DNA of 64,000 nt. It comes from Verrucomicrobiota bacterium (GTDB taxonomy: Bacteria > Verrucomicrobiota > Verrucomicrobiia > Limisphaerales > CANJSG01). The stretch is taken from positions 1 to 64,000 of the forward strand of contig JBBQXJ010000002.1 in assembly GCA_038209745.1 (NCBI GenBank), given 5' to 3'. The notes under the pieces were generated by a model that was not told the origin of the DNA, made no database searches, and saw only the letters and a list, made by a program, of their open reading frames with translations. Shown here one piece after another: positions 30,669 through 41,145 of the stretch. The translations under genes were made by a program, and so were the position numbers. Each line of letters opens with the position of its first letter. Within the stretch, counting starts at the first letter, position 1.

Positions 30669-32851
30669 GTGATTCCGGACTCGGCCCAACTGCACGACCT
30701 GCTGAAGCAACACTTCGGCTACGAGTCGTTCCGCCCGTTGCAGGAGGAGATCATCCGCGACGTGTTGGCGGGGAAGGACGTGTTCGCGGTGCTGCCGACG
30801 GGCGGGGGCAAGTCGCCTGCTTCCAGTTGCCGGCGTTGGCGCGGCCGGGCCTGACGGTGGTGATCTCGCCCCTGATCGCGCTGATGAAGGACCAGGTGGA
30901 CGCGCTCCAATCGGCGGGCGTGGCGGCGACGTTCCTGAATTCCTCGCTGGCGGCGGACGAGTCGCGGAGCCGGTTGCGCGGACTGCACCACGGCGAATTT
31001 CGTCTGCTCTACGTGGCGCCGGAGCGGCTGTTGCTCTCGGGCTTTCTCGACGATCTGAAGCGGTGGGGCGTGACGCTCTTCGCGGTGGACGAGGCGCATT
31101 GCGTCAGCGAATGGGGCCACGATTTCCGCCCGGAATACCGGCAGCTTTCCACGCTGCGGACCCACTTTCCCGACGTGCCGATGATGGCGCTGACGGCGAC
31201 CGCGACGGAGCGGGTGCGAGAGGACATCGTCGGCCAGCTGCACCTGCGGGAGCCGGCGGAGTTCCTGGCCAGCTTCAACCGGCCGAACCTTTCCTATCGG
31301 GTCAGCGCCAAGGCGGGGGCCTATGAACAGATCCTCGGCTTCGTGCGGGCGCGGCGCGGGGAGTGCGGGATCATCTATTGCCAGTCGCGCAAGTCCACGG
31401 AGTCGATGGCGGCGAAGCTGGGCGCGGACGGGATCGCGGCGGCGGCGTATCACGCGGGGTTGGACGGGACGGAACGATCGAAGAACCAGGACGCCTTTCT
31501 CCGCGACGAAGTGCGGGTGATCTGCGCGACGGTCGCCTTCGGCATGGGGATCAACAAGCCGAACGTCCGCTTCGTGATCCACTACGATCTGCCCAAAAAC
31601 ATCGAGGGCTACTACCAGGAGACGGGCCGAGCGGGCCGCGACGGGTTGCCGAGCGAATGCCTGCTGCTCTTCAGCCCCGGCGACCGGGTGAAATACGGGC
31701 AGTTCATCGACGAGAAGACGGATCCCAAGGAACGCGAGATCGCCCGGGCGCAGTTGGAGCAGATGGTCCACTACGCCGAATGCTCGGGCTGTCGGCGGGT
31801 GGAGCTGCTGGGGTATTTCGGCGAGACCCACGAACCGGAGAACGGCAACTGCGGCGGGTGCGACAACTGCCTTTCGCCGCGCGAGACCTGGGACGGAACG
31901 GTGGCGGCTCAGAAGTTTCTCTCCTGTGTCTTCCGCATCCACCAGAAGAGCGGGTTCGGCGTGGGCGTCCAGCATGTGGTGGAGGTGCTGACGGGGGCTG
32001 CGACGGAGAAGATCCGGCGCTTCGGGCACGAGACGCTGACGACCTACGGCATCGGCAAGGAGCACAGCCGCAGCGAATGGGCGGCGTTGGGGCGTGAGCT
32101 CGTGCGGATGGGTTTCCTGAATCAGAACGCGGAGAAGTTCAACACGGTGGAGCTGTTGCCGCAGGGGATGGAAGCGCTGAAGGATCGGAGGAAGATCGTG
32201 CTGACCCGACCGGTGGCGGTGCCGGAGACGATGGTGCGGCGCGAGGGCGAGATCGCCTGCGACGAGGCGCTCTTCGAGCGGCTTCGCGGGCTGCGGAAGC
32301 GGTTGGCGGACGAGCGGGGATTGCCGCCCTACATCGTCTTCTCCGACGTGGCGCTGCGGCAGATGGCGCGGCTGTATCCCCAGAGCGAGGAGGACTTCTC
32401 CCACATCAGCGGCGTGGGCGAACGCAAGCTGCGCGACTACGGCGCGGTGTTTCTCGCGGAGATCGCGGGGTTTCTCGGGACGAATCCCCGGCAGATCTTC
32501 GCGGACGATTCGTTCAGCAAGCCGGCACCGAAACCGTCGCGCGGTTCACTGGGCGACACGGTGCGCGAGACGCTCCACTTCTGGCGGCAAGGGAAGACGG
32601 TCGAAGAGATCGCGAAGATCCGGGGCGTGAAGGACGGAACGATCTTCGGGCACTTGGACGAAGCGCTCCGAGCGGGCGAACAGGTGGACGTAAGTTCGCT
32701 GTTCGATGAACAGACGAAGCAGGACATCGGAGCGGCGTTCGCGAAGTTCGGCTTCGGGAACCTCATCGGGGCGAAGGAATTTTTGGGAGACCGGCATTCC
32801 TACGGGCTGATGCGGCTGTATCGGACGATGGAGCAGCGGGAGGGTTGTTAG
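30669..32851 (+). CDS. recQ: RecQ DNA helicase (helicase, Zn-binding/RQC, HRDC, C-terminal HTH) with a 1-nt frameshift near 30816
   Basis: FGYESFRPLQ..LPTGGGKS in one frame; CFQLPAL, DEAHC, TATA, QETGRAGRDG in the next; AAG TCG CC TGC lacks one base of the Leu codon. Confidence 0.9.
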
Positions 32852-32970
32852 CAGCCCGTCAAAAAAGGCCATCCACCCGCCGCGTGGGGGCACGCGGCCT
32901 GCAGAAAGATTTGGAAATCCTCAGATTTTTGTAGGCCCGGTCCCCCGACCGGGCGTTTTTTGACGGGCTG
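32852..32970. mobile_element. 119-bp MITE-like element containing an inverted REP doublet
   Basis: Perfect 15-bp TIR CAGCCCGTCAAAAAA / TTTTTTGACGGGCTG; TTAG direct repeats at 32848-32851 and 32971-32974; REPs at 32880-32902 (-) and 32931-32953 (+). Confidence 0.75.
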
Positions 32971-32987
32971 TTAGGGCCCATTCTGGA

Positions 32988-33251
32988 TCAACCTTTGAAG
33001 CCAATCGCCTTGAGGTATCCCATCCAGAGCAAGAGGAATGGGGATGTGGCGATATCCAAAGCTATTGAAAAGGGCAGTCCGGCATACGCGCCCTTCTCGC
33101 CGGGCACTAGGATCCATTCTTTGACCTCACAATCGCAGGGGGCCTCCGTGTAATGGGGCTTCGCCTGGTCGATCAGACTACGGGTGGCGCATCCTTGGCA
33201 CGCAATTGCGATCACGAAGCACAAAACTGCATAGCGAAGGACGTGTTTCAT
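32988..33251 (-). CDS. Small putative lipoprotein
   Basis: Hydrophobic N-terminus ending ACQGC; LPFSIALDIATSP resembles small YceK/YidQ-like lipoproteins. Confidence 0.5.
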   Translation of the reverse strand: MKHVLRYAVLCFVIAIACQGCATRSLIDQAKPHYTEAPCDCEVKEWILVPGEKGAYAGLPFSIALDIATSPFLLLWMGYLKAIGFKG

Positions 33252-33356
33252 TGGATGCCTCACAAGGCCCCGGGCACTTCGGAGAATTGAAGCCGAAATG
33301 CAACCTGGAACTCTGCCGTGCCGCGTTCTCGGGCAAATGGACGTGGTTGTGGTCGC

Positions 33357-35171
33357 CTATCCGTAGATCACCATCTGGATGTTGTCGGGGAGGTTGCGGG
33401 CGACTTCGGAGACGACGCTGCCGCGCAGGAGGGTGGCGAGGCGGCTGCGGTTGGGGCTGCCGAGGATCAGCATGTCGATGCCGAGCGTGGCCGAGAGATC
33501 GAGGATGGTGCCGGCGGAGCTTTCGCTGACGGTGTAGACGGGGATGACGGGCACGTCGATTGCGGCGCCCTTTTCCATGACTGCGGACATGATACGGCAG
33601 GCTTCGGGATCGTCCTGCCAGCGATTGGCGACGCCGACGGGAAGACCGACGGGCAGGGTGACGGCGATCTCCTTGACGAAGAGAACGTAGACGGCGGCCT
33701 TGCGGAGCTTGGCCTCCTCCAGGGCGAAGCGGAGGACGTTGGTCACGCCGCGGGCGGCGACGAGGATTTTCTGTCCGGTGTTCTCACGGGGGGAGATGTC
33801 GTGCACGGATCCGGGCACGACGGCGGCGGCGAGTTCTCGGCTGATGGTCACGGTGCGCAATCCCGCCCGATGCTGCGCCCAGGAACGAAGCAACATTCCG
33901 CCGGTCAAAATGCAGGCGATGAAAAAGAGAGCGGTGTGCTTCTCCCAGGCCAGGGTGACCTCGACGGCGGCCAGCACGAAGAAGGTCAATGCCATGAGGA
34001 TGATCTCCCAGATCTTCAGACCGAGCTGCTTGTTCAGGAGGCAGCAACCGAGATTGACGGTGATCGCGCCGACGACGCCGATGGCGTAGAGGTCCATCAG
34101 GTGTCGCTGGTCGGACACGATGACGACCACGATCAACGGCAGGGAGGTCGCGATCACCAGCGGGAGCCACGGCACCCCGTGGAAGTTCAGCTTCAGAAAG
34201 GAGCGCGGCATCTCGCCATCGCGACCGAGCATGTAGTGGAGGCCGATGAGGGCGCCGATGGCGGTGTTGACGGCACTGAGCAGTAGCAGGCCGATGATGA
34301 CGCCCGTCACGATTTCGAAGGTGTGGCCGAAATGCGCTCCGAGAGCCATCGTGCCGTATTCGCGGGCCAACAGATTGATCATGTCTTCCCAGCCTTCGCG
34401 CATCTGGCCCGCCATCGAATGGGGCAGGGAAAGCATCGCCCAACCAAGCAGCGCCGTGCCCAGGACCACCTCGATCGCCACGATGGCGATGGCGCGCCCA
34501 GCGGTCTGCGTGACGCTGGGATGCTCGTAGCTCGAACCGGGATCAAGCTTCATGACACCGGTCAAATTGGCGATGGCCTCGACTCCGCTGAGCGCGAGGA
34601 TCACGCCGGCGAAGGCCTGCCAGTTTTCCCAAGGGTTCGATGGAAGGACGGTCAGGTTCGCGGTCGTCAGATGCGGTGCCGCGAAGATCAGGATCATCAC
34701 CACGATCACGACGGTGGGGATTGCCAGGGCGACGGCGACGCTGCCGCTGTGCTTGGGGCCCATCCAGTTGATGCCTCCGATCGCGATGATGGCCAGCACG
34801 GTGCCCAGGAGCACGTATTGGTCCGGGACATGGAGGTATTTCATCGCGGCCCATCCGCTCAGCGCCGCAGTGACGGTCATGTCCGCGATCAAGAGCAGGG
34901 AGCCGATCACCGCGACGGTCGGACTGATCTTCCGGGCGGCGGAGTAGACGCCGCCCCCGTCGGGAAAATACTTGCAGACGATCCGGTAGTTGAATCCGAC
35001 GATCGCGGTGAGCAGGCAGACCCCGATGATGATCTCCAGGCTGGCGAACCCGGTGGCCAGGAACGCGGCACCGATGACATAGGCCTTGCTGGTGCCCCAA
35101 TCCCCGTAGAGTAGGGCGGCGGCGCGTTTCCAACCGACGTTTCTCGGCCGGTGGACGTGGGTGCCTTCCAT
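33357..35171 (-). CDS. APC family permease with C-terminal universal stress protein domain
   Basis: About 12 TM segments, YGDWGTS, GGGVY, SGVEAIAN; C-terminal ILGS..RSRL..LLRGSV. Confidence 0.85.
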   Translation of the reverse strand: MEGTHVHRPRNVGWKRAAALLYGDWGTSKAYVIGAAFLATGFASLEIIIGVCLLTAIVGFNYRIVCKYFPDGGGVYSAARKISPTVAVIGSLLLIADMTVTAALSGWAAMKYLHVPDQYVLLGTVLAIIAIGGINWMGPKHSGSVAVALAIPTVVIVVMILIFAAPHLTTANLTVLPSNPWENWQAFAGVILALSGVEAIANLTGVMKLDPGSSYEHPSVTQTAGRAIAIVAIEVVLGTALLGWAMLSLPHSMAGQMREGWEDMINLLAREYGTMALGAHFGHTFEIVTGVIIGLLLLSAVNTAIGALIGLHYMLGRDGEMPRSFLKLNFHGVPWLPLVIATSLPLIVVVIVSDQRHLMDLYAIGVVGAITVNLGCCLLNKQLGLKIWEIILMALTFFVLAAVEVTLAWEKHTALFFIACILTGGMLLRSWAQHRAGLRTVTISRELAAAVVPGSVHDISPRENTGQKILVAARGVTNVLRFALEEAKLRKAAVYVLFVKEIAVTLPVGLPVGVANRWQDDPEACRIMSAVMEKGAAIDVPVIPVYTVSESSAGTILDLSATLGIDMLILGSPNRSRLATLLRGSVVSEVARNLPDNIQMVIYG

Positions 35172-35271
35172 GATTCAGGGAAGGCCGGCGGTAGCCGGAA
35201 CGAATGGGGACCGCACAGAGGATGTATTCATCGAATGAACTTGGGAACGATGGTCCGGCGGACTGGGGGCG

Positions 35272-36105
35272 TCAAATCGCAATCTTCCGGAGAACGGGTC
35301 GAAGGAGGCGGTGGGGCGTCGTCGCGGGCTGACGTTTTGCTTCCAGTCGCAGGTAGTCGTAGATCACGCCGCTGGTGGCTCCGCCGGGTGGAATGGTGAG
35401 GGTCAGGGTGTTCGTGCCGGGGCGGACTTTGGGAATGGTGAAGCGCCCGTCGGTCGAGCCGCGCGTCCAGAACTCATAGAACTTGGCGTCCATCTGCCAG
35501 TCGACCATTCCGGGTTCGGCTGCGAAACGGCCGCGACGTCCACCGAGCGGGAGCGGATAGTCTGGAGCCGAAACGGGCTTCGCCGATCGACGTGTCGGGA
35601 TAGTCGGCGGGATGCTCGAAGATGCACCAAGTGTAGAGGCCGGAATCGTCGCGGCCGAGAGCGTATCGGATCTCGATGTCCACCGCTGCGCTTCCGCCCG
35701 GACCATTGCCTTGGGGCGCCCCGCCGGAAACGCCCTTGATCGAGACTTCGGCGCGATCACCGTCGTTGACCGACGGATCGATGGTAGTCGAAGCGGTGAT
35801 CTTGGAGCCGCGACCGGGGTGTGGGACCAATAGGCGTAAGGATGACCGGAGCCGACTTCGAGCAGTTCGAGGCCCTGGTATTTGAGCGAGACAAGATCCC
35901 CTGAGCGTTTGCTGATGCGGGCGCTGACGTGCTGGTTCGTCAAAGTAAAGAAGGCGTCCGACCCGGCGAGCGCGACTCTGGGCTTGATCGTCGTTTCGGC
36001 GGCAACGCCCGCTGAAGAAAGCGCGACCATCGCGACGAGGCACTGGACGAGGCGAGCGATGGGGCGAAGCATGGATCGAGCGAAGGGGGTTGGAGCGGCG
36101 TTCAT
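35272..36105 (-). pseudogene. Rhamnogalacturonan lyase (PL4-like) remnant
   Basis: Signal peptide + FTLTN..SGDLVSLKY; frameshift near 35815 to DIEIRYALGR..GEARF; then DWQMDAKFYEFWT..GRFTIPKVRPGT joined directly to NTLTL..GVIYDYLRLE. Confidence 0.65.
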
Positions 36106-36292
36106 CGGTTCATTTGGGTCCGGCCGAAACGGGAATTTGCTCGGTCGAAGTTTTTGGAGGAGGCGATCATCTGTGGGAGAAAGTTAGGGGCAAGGCCCGG
36201 CCGATTCCACCCGGAGCCCTGAAAACGGGTGATTTTCGGCGGGTTGACTCGGCCGGGGCTGGGGGCGTGAATAGGCCGAAATATTCACTCCC

Positions 36293-37180
36293 ATGAACAT
36301 CCCTATTTCTCGACGTTCCGCCATGAAGACCCTGGGCCTTGCCGCCGGTGCCGCCGGCCTGACTGCTTCGCTTCGTCAAACCATGCAGGCCGCCGAAGCC
36401 GCCGGGCTCAAGGGCCGGATCAACCATTCTGTCTGCAAGTGGTGCTACGGCAGCATCCCGCTCGACGATTTTTGCAGATCGGCGAAGGAGATGGGCCTCC
36501 AGTCCGTCGAGCTGCTGCAGCCTTCGGATTTCCCCACGCTCAAGAAATTCGGCCTGACCTGCGCCATGGTGGGCAACCCGACGGTGGACGGATTGGGTGG
36601 CATCACGAAGGCCTTCAACCGGGTCGAGCACCACGACAAGCTGGTCGGTGTCTACGAGCGCCAGATCAAGGAGTGCGCCGATGCGGGAATGACGAATTTG
36701 ATCTGCTTTTCCGGCAACCGCGGCGGGCTCGACGACGAAAAGGGGATGGAGAACTGCGCCATCGGTCTGAAGCGCCTGATGGACACGGCCGAGAGGCACA
36801 AGATCACGCTCTGCATGGAACTGCTGAACAGCCGGGTGGACCATCACGACTACCAGTGCGATCTCAGCAAGTGGGGCGTGGCCCTCTGCAAGAAGATCGG
36901 CTCCGACCGGTTCAAGCTGCTCTACGACATCTACCACATGCAGATCATGGAGGGCGACGTCATCGCCACCATCCGTCGCGACCACCAATACTTCGCCCAT
37001 TACCACACGGGCGGCGTGCCGGGACGGAACGAGATCGACGAGGCGCAGGAGTTATTCTATCCGGCGATCATGCGGGCGATCGTGGACACGGGCTTCAAGG
37101 GGCATGTGGCCCAGGAGTTCATCCCGAAGCGCGATCCGCTGACCTCGCTCAAGCAGGGCGTGGGCATCTGCGACGTGTGA
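36293..37180 (+). CDS. Hydroxypyruvate isomerase family TIM-barrel protein, Tat-exported
   Basis: SRRSAMK signal; MELLNS, LYDIYHMQIMEG, VPGRNE, QEF. Confidence 0.9.
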   Translation: MNIPISRRSAMKTLGLAAGAAGLTASLRQTMQAAEAAGLKGRINHSVCKWCYGSIPLDDFCRSAKEMGLQSVELLQPSDFPTLKKFGLTCAMVGNPTVDGLGGITKAFNRVEHHDKLVGVYERQIKECADAGMTNLICFSGNRGGLDDEKGMENCAIGLKRLMDTAERHKITLCMELLNSRVDHHDYQCDLSKWGVALCKKIGSDRFKLLYDIYHMQIMEGDVIATIRRDHQYFAHYHTGGVPGRNEIDEAQELFYPAIMRAIVDTGFKGHVAQEFIPKRDPLTSLKQGVGICDV

Positions 37181-37259
37181 TGCCGGATGCCGGATGCCTG
37201 AGTTCCGCGCCGTCGTCATCCGCCTTGCTTCCGCCCATCGATCCGGTCACTCGTAGGGA

Positions 37260-39158
37260 GTGAGGTTTCTCCCGGTCGCCCATCGCGAACTGCTGGCAGC
37301 CGGAAGGCGCAAGTCCACCTGGACTTGGCGTTGCCTCTACTTCGCCATCACCCTGTCGATCTGCATCTGGGCCTACTTGGATTCGTCGTATGCCTCGATG
37401 TCTCGACAAGGCGGGCAGGTCTTCGAGGTGATGGTCGGATTCATGGCGTTCTACGCAGGGATCGCCGGAGTTCACGCCACGTCGGACGCGTTCGGTTGGG
37501 AGAAGCGGGAAGGAACGCTCGGGCTGCTCTTCCTGACGGATCTCTCAGGTTGGGACGTGGTCGCGGGCAAGGGCGTGGCCAAGGCGTTGAATAGCTTCTA
37601 CGGATTGCTGGCCATGCTACCGCTGCTCTCTGTGCCGCTGTTGTTGGGGGGCGTGACCGGAGGGCAGGTGGTGCGGACGTCGGTCATTTTGATCGTGATC
37701 ATGCTGGAGTCGCTGGCGATCGGGCTGTGGGTTTCGTCGCGGAGTGTAAACGAACGGAAGTCCATCATGGCGACGTTGGGAATGGTGCTGCTGCTGTTTC
37801 TGGGGCCTTTTTTCGGTGCCGTTCTCGCGGGTGAGGCCTACGGTTGGAGCGAGAAGGACGTCTGGCAAATTGGGATCGCCAGTCCGCTCTTTGGCTTGGT
37901 CGCGGCCCAATTCGTGGGAACAGGGGTCTCTCCCAATTGGCCTAGCCTGACGTGGCTCGGTTCGGTGGGATTCGCGGTGGCGGTCACGGGCCTCTGCCTG
38001 GTCTCCGCCAGCCGCCATCTGCCGCACAGTTGGAGCCCCGAACTTTTGGCGCATTATCTCGCGAAGCGGGCGTCTCGGAAGCGGGTTTTCCCAACATTGA
38101 CGGCACCTCTGCGTTGGCCGGGACAGTTGTGGGGATGGATCGGTCGGATCCGATTGGGTTGGGACGAGAAAGGGAGAATCTACTTCTCGAAGCGGCAACG
38201 GCGCCTCCTCGACGTGCATCCCTACGTCTGGCTCATGAACCGGGTGGCGGACAAACGGGCGGTGGCATTGGGCGTGACCATCGCCGTCGCTGCGATGGGC
38301 GGCTACAGCTGGCTCTCCAGCGGTCCCATGCTTGGTGCCGGGTTTGTCTTCTACTGCTTTGTCGTCGTCCTGGCTTGGCTGCTGCGGATCTGGATGTTGG
38401 CGGAACCGATCATGCGCTTGGCGGAGGACAGAAAGTCGGGCGCGCTGGAGCTGGTCATGGTCACGCCCCAGCAGGGGCCCGAGATCTTGGCGGGGGTCCG
38501 GCAATCGATGCGTCGGCAGTTCGGCTGGCCGGTGGGACTTGTGGCGGCTCTGGCTCTGACGGTGTGTATGGTGGATTTTTCATCGTTCCAGGCGGCGGGT
38601 GATGCGGAGTGGCGGGCACTGCTGCTGATGACGGCGACCGCGCTGGTGGTTGATTTCTTCGCGCTCCAGTGGATCGGTCCCTGGCTCGGGATCACGTCGC
38701 GATCCGTGACGACGGCGCTGGTGGCGGGTGTCGGTCTCTCCGTGGCTCCCGGGACCGTCTGGTGGGTCACCGAATCGATGTCCGGCCACATGAATACCGG
38801 CTTGATGCGACAGCTGCAGCATTGGTCCGGGGAATGGTGGCGCTGGTATTTCATCGGGATCTGGTTCGCGGTCACTTTGATGTGGGTGGTAGCGGCCTGG
38901 GGATATAGGCGGTTTATCTGGCCGCGCAGCGTCCGGTGGCGCTGGGTGGCGGGAGTGCTTCTGCTACCGCCCGGACTGTTGACGCTTCTGCTGGGTTACC
39001 GGGTCATGACGGCGCTCCATCTCCTTTCATCCACGGCGCCGCTCAGGGAATGGACCCACTTGCTCCTGATGGGTGTCGTCATCTGGTGCTGGGCTCGACC
39101 GACGCTGGAGCATCGTTTCCGGGATTTGGCAACCGGGCCGCATACGCCGTCGGGCTAG
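37260..39158 (+). CDS. ABC-2-type permease-like membrane protein
   Basis: LPVAHRELL; two EK/DR..G.L.L...T motifs (EKREGTLGLLFLT, EDRKSGALELVMVTP); many TM segments. Confidence 0.75.
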   Translation: MRFLPVAHRELLAAGRRKSTWTWRCLYFAITLSICIWAYLDSSYASMSRQGGQVFEVMVGFMAFYAGIAGVHATSDAFGWEKREGTLGLLFLTDLSGWDVVAGKGVAKALNSFYGLLAMLPLLSVPLLLGGVTGGQVVRTSVILIVIMLESLAIGLWVSSRSVNERKSIMATLGMVLLLFLGPFFGAVLAGEAYGWSEKDVWQIGIASPLFGLVAAQFVGTGVSPNWPSLTWLGSVGFAVAVTGLCLVSASRHLPHSWSPELLAHYLAKRASRKRVFPTLTAPLRWPGQLWGWIGRIRLGWDEKGRIYFSKRQRRLLDVHPYVWLMNRVADKRAVALGVTIAVAAMGGYSWLSSGPMLGAGFVFYCFVVVLAWLLRIWMLAEPIMRLAEDRKSGALELVMVTPQQGPEILAGVRQSMRRQFGWPVGLVAALALTVCMVDFSSFQAAGDAEWRALLLMTATALVVDFFALQWIGPWLGITSRSVTTALVAGVGLSVAPGTVWWVTESMSGHMNTGLMRQLQHWSGEWWRWYFIGIWFAVTLMWVVAAWGYRRFIWPRSVRWRWVAGVLLLPPGLLTLLLGYRVMTALHLLSSTAPLREWTHLLLMGVVIWCWARPTLEHRFRDLATGPHTPSG

Positions 39159-39236
39159 ATCGGCGTGGCGTGGGGCGAACGGGTTGGCGGAAGAAGTCGC
39201 TGGCAATGGGGGAGGTTCTTTGTCCACGGTTTGTCG

Positions 39237-40124
39237 ATGCGCTTCTTTCTCTTGCTGACGTTCCTGGTGGCTCTGGGTTCCGTTGCGGTTGGGGCCGACG
39301 CTCCGCCCTCGTTCCCGCTCTGGCCGAACGGCGCGCCAGGCGCGCTCGGCACGGCGGAGAAAGACATTCCCTCATTGACGGTGTTCCTGCCCGAGCCGGC
39401 CAAGGCGACCGGCGCGGCGATGGTGATCTGTCCCGGCGGCGGATACGCGCATCTGGCGGACCATGAGGGGAGCGGCTATGCGCGCTGGCTGGCGCGAAAC
39501 GGCGTGGCCGGTTTCGTCCTGAAGTATCGGCTCGGCGCAGCTGATGGCTACCATCATCCGGCCATGTTGGACGACTCGGCTCGGGCGTTGCGCATCGTCC
39601 GCAGCCGGGCGGCGGAATGGAACGTGGATCCGAAGCGGATCGGGATCATGGGATCCTCGGCCGGCGGGCATTTGGCGGCGTCGCTGCTGACCCATTGGGA
39701 CGAGGGCAACGTGGATGCGACGGATCCCGTCGAGAGAGTCAGCAGCCGTCCCGATGTGGGAGTCTTGTGCTATGCGGTGATCACCATGGGACCGCAGACC
39801 CACTCCGGTTCTAAAAAGAACCTGTTGGGCGACAATCCTCCCGATCAGTTGGTTGAGCTCATGTCGAACGAGCTCCACGTGGACGAGAAGACGCCGCCGA
39901 CCTTCCTCTGGAGCACGGGCGACGACAACGTGGTCAAAGTGGCGAACTCGATGGCGTTCGCTGCGGCATTGAGCAAGGCCAAGGTCCCCTTCGAGCTGCA
40001 CGTCTTCCAGAGCGGTCCGCACGGGCTCGGCCTCGGTGTGAAGAACGGAGACCTGGACGGTCCTTTGCTGCCATGGACGACCCACTGTCTGACATGGCTC
40101 CGGCTGCAGCGGTTTGTGAAGTAG
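39237..40124 (+). CDS. Secreted alpha/beta hydrolase (carbohydrate esterase-like)
   Basis: CPGGGY, GSSAGGHLA, TPPTF, HGLG; signal peptide. Confidence 0.85.
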   Translation: MRFFLLLTFLVALGSVAVGADAPPSFPLWPNGAPGALGTAEKDIPSLTVFLPEPAKATGAAMVICPGGGYAHLADHEGSGYARWLARNGVAGFVLKYRLGAADGYHHPAMLDDSARALRIVRSRAAEWNVDPKRIGIMGSSAGGHLAASLLTHWDEGNVDATDPVERVSSRPDVGVLCYAVITMGPQTHSGSKKNLLGDNPPDQLVELMSNELHVDEKTPPTFLWSTGDDNVVKVANSMAFAAALSKAKVPFELHVFQSGPHGLGLGVKNGDLDGPLLPWTTHCLTWLRLQRFVK

Positions 40125-40139
40125 CCGGTCGATGTCTCG

Positions 40140-40655
40140 ATGCAAAAGGTCACGATCCACACCGACGGCGGTTGTCAGGGCAATCCCGGTCCGGGAGGTT
40201 GGGGCGCGGTGTTGGCCTGCGGATCCCATCGGAAGCAATTGAGCGGCGGCGTGCCGGCGACGACCAACAACCGGATGGAGTTGCAGGCGGCGATCGAGGC
40301 GTTGGCCGTCCTGAACACGCCCTGTGAAATCGAGTTCTTCACCGATTCTAACTATCTGAAGGACGGAGTGACCCAATGGATCTCAGGTTGGAAGCGGAAC
40401 GGTTGGAAGACCAAGGCGAAGGCGCCGGTGAAGAACGAGGATCTTTGGCGGCGACTGGACACGCTGTTGGCCCCGCACAAGGTCACATGGCGTTGGCTAA
40501 AAGGCCACGCGGGACATTCCGGCAACGAGCACTGTGACCAATTGGCGACGGTGGCCATCGAGGCGATCCGCCGACAACATTCTCCCGAGGCACTGAAGCG
40601 ACTTCTGGTGGGCTTCAAGGAAAGCCAAGATCCGAACGGCGCGGCCGCGCCATGA
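40140..40655 (+). CDS. rnhA: Ribonuclease HI
   Basis: TDGGCQGNPGPGG, TTNNRMEL, TDS, WKRNGWK, KGHAG..GNE.CD. Confidence 0.95.
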   Translation: MQKVTIHTDGGCQGNPGPGGWGAVLACGSHRKQLSGGVPATTNNRMELQAAIEALAVLNTPCEIEFFTDSNYLKDGVTQWISGWKRNGWKTKAKAPVKNEDLWRRLDTLLAPHKVTWRWLKGHAGHSGNEHCDQLATVAIEAIRRQHSPEALKRLLVGFKESQDPNGAAAP

Positions 40656-40665
40656 GGGCAGTGGG

Positions 40666-40875
40666 CTATTCGGTCGGCTCCAGAGGGTTGTCCGGGGTCA
40701 ACAGCACGGCGCCTTTGAGCAGGCGGCAGAAATCCTTTTTGCTGGTGTGTTGATGCGCGCCGTCCGTGGTGTGGAGCTTTCGGAGGGTCTTATAGCGCAC
40801 CTCCAGCCGCTCAAGCTGCGTGATGCGGATGTATTGGCCGTCCTGTTTCCAGACTTGGCCTTGGCGGAGTTTCAT
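40666..40875 (-). CDS. Small basic hypothetical protein
   Basis: 69-aa ORF MKLRQGQVWKQDGQYIRITQL with ATG start, converging on rnhA. Confidence 0.65.
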   Translation of the reverse strand: MKLRQGQVWKQDGQYIRITQLERLEVRYKTLRKLHTTDGAHQHTSKKDFCRLLKGAVLLTPDNPLEPTE

Positions 40876-41145
40876 CGTCAGAACCTATTCGATGGTTGGT
40901 GCCGGGTGCGAGTGTGATTCCGGATACAGAACAGGACCGATCCTAGCGGAGATGGGAAAGAATGGCCCAAACATTCGGTGAGACAATGGGGCGCACATTG
41001 AGAAGGGCGGTCAATTCGTTGGAGGGGGAGATCAAGTTGGTGAGTGTTCATCTATAAGGTTTTACAAATTCTATACCCCCTAGGAACAAGTCGGTGGTTG
41101 TTTTTTTTTCGCGGGTTTGTTACAAAACCACCCTGCCGAATTTTT

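Noticed and set aside
30810..30829. Programmed frameshift in recQ
   Set aside because: No slippery heptamer; the protein needs a base that is simply missing
26234..30850. recQ repeat pair as DGR template/variable repeats
   Set aside because: Mismatches not adenine-specific and no reverse transcriptase in the window
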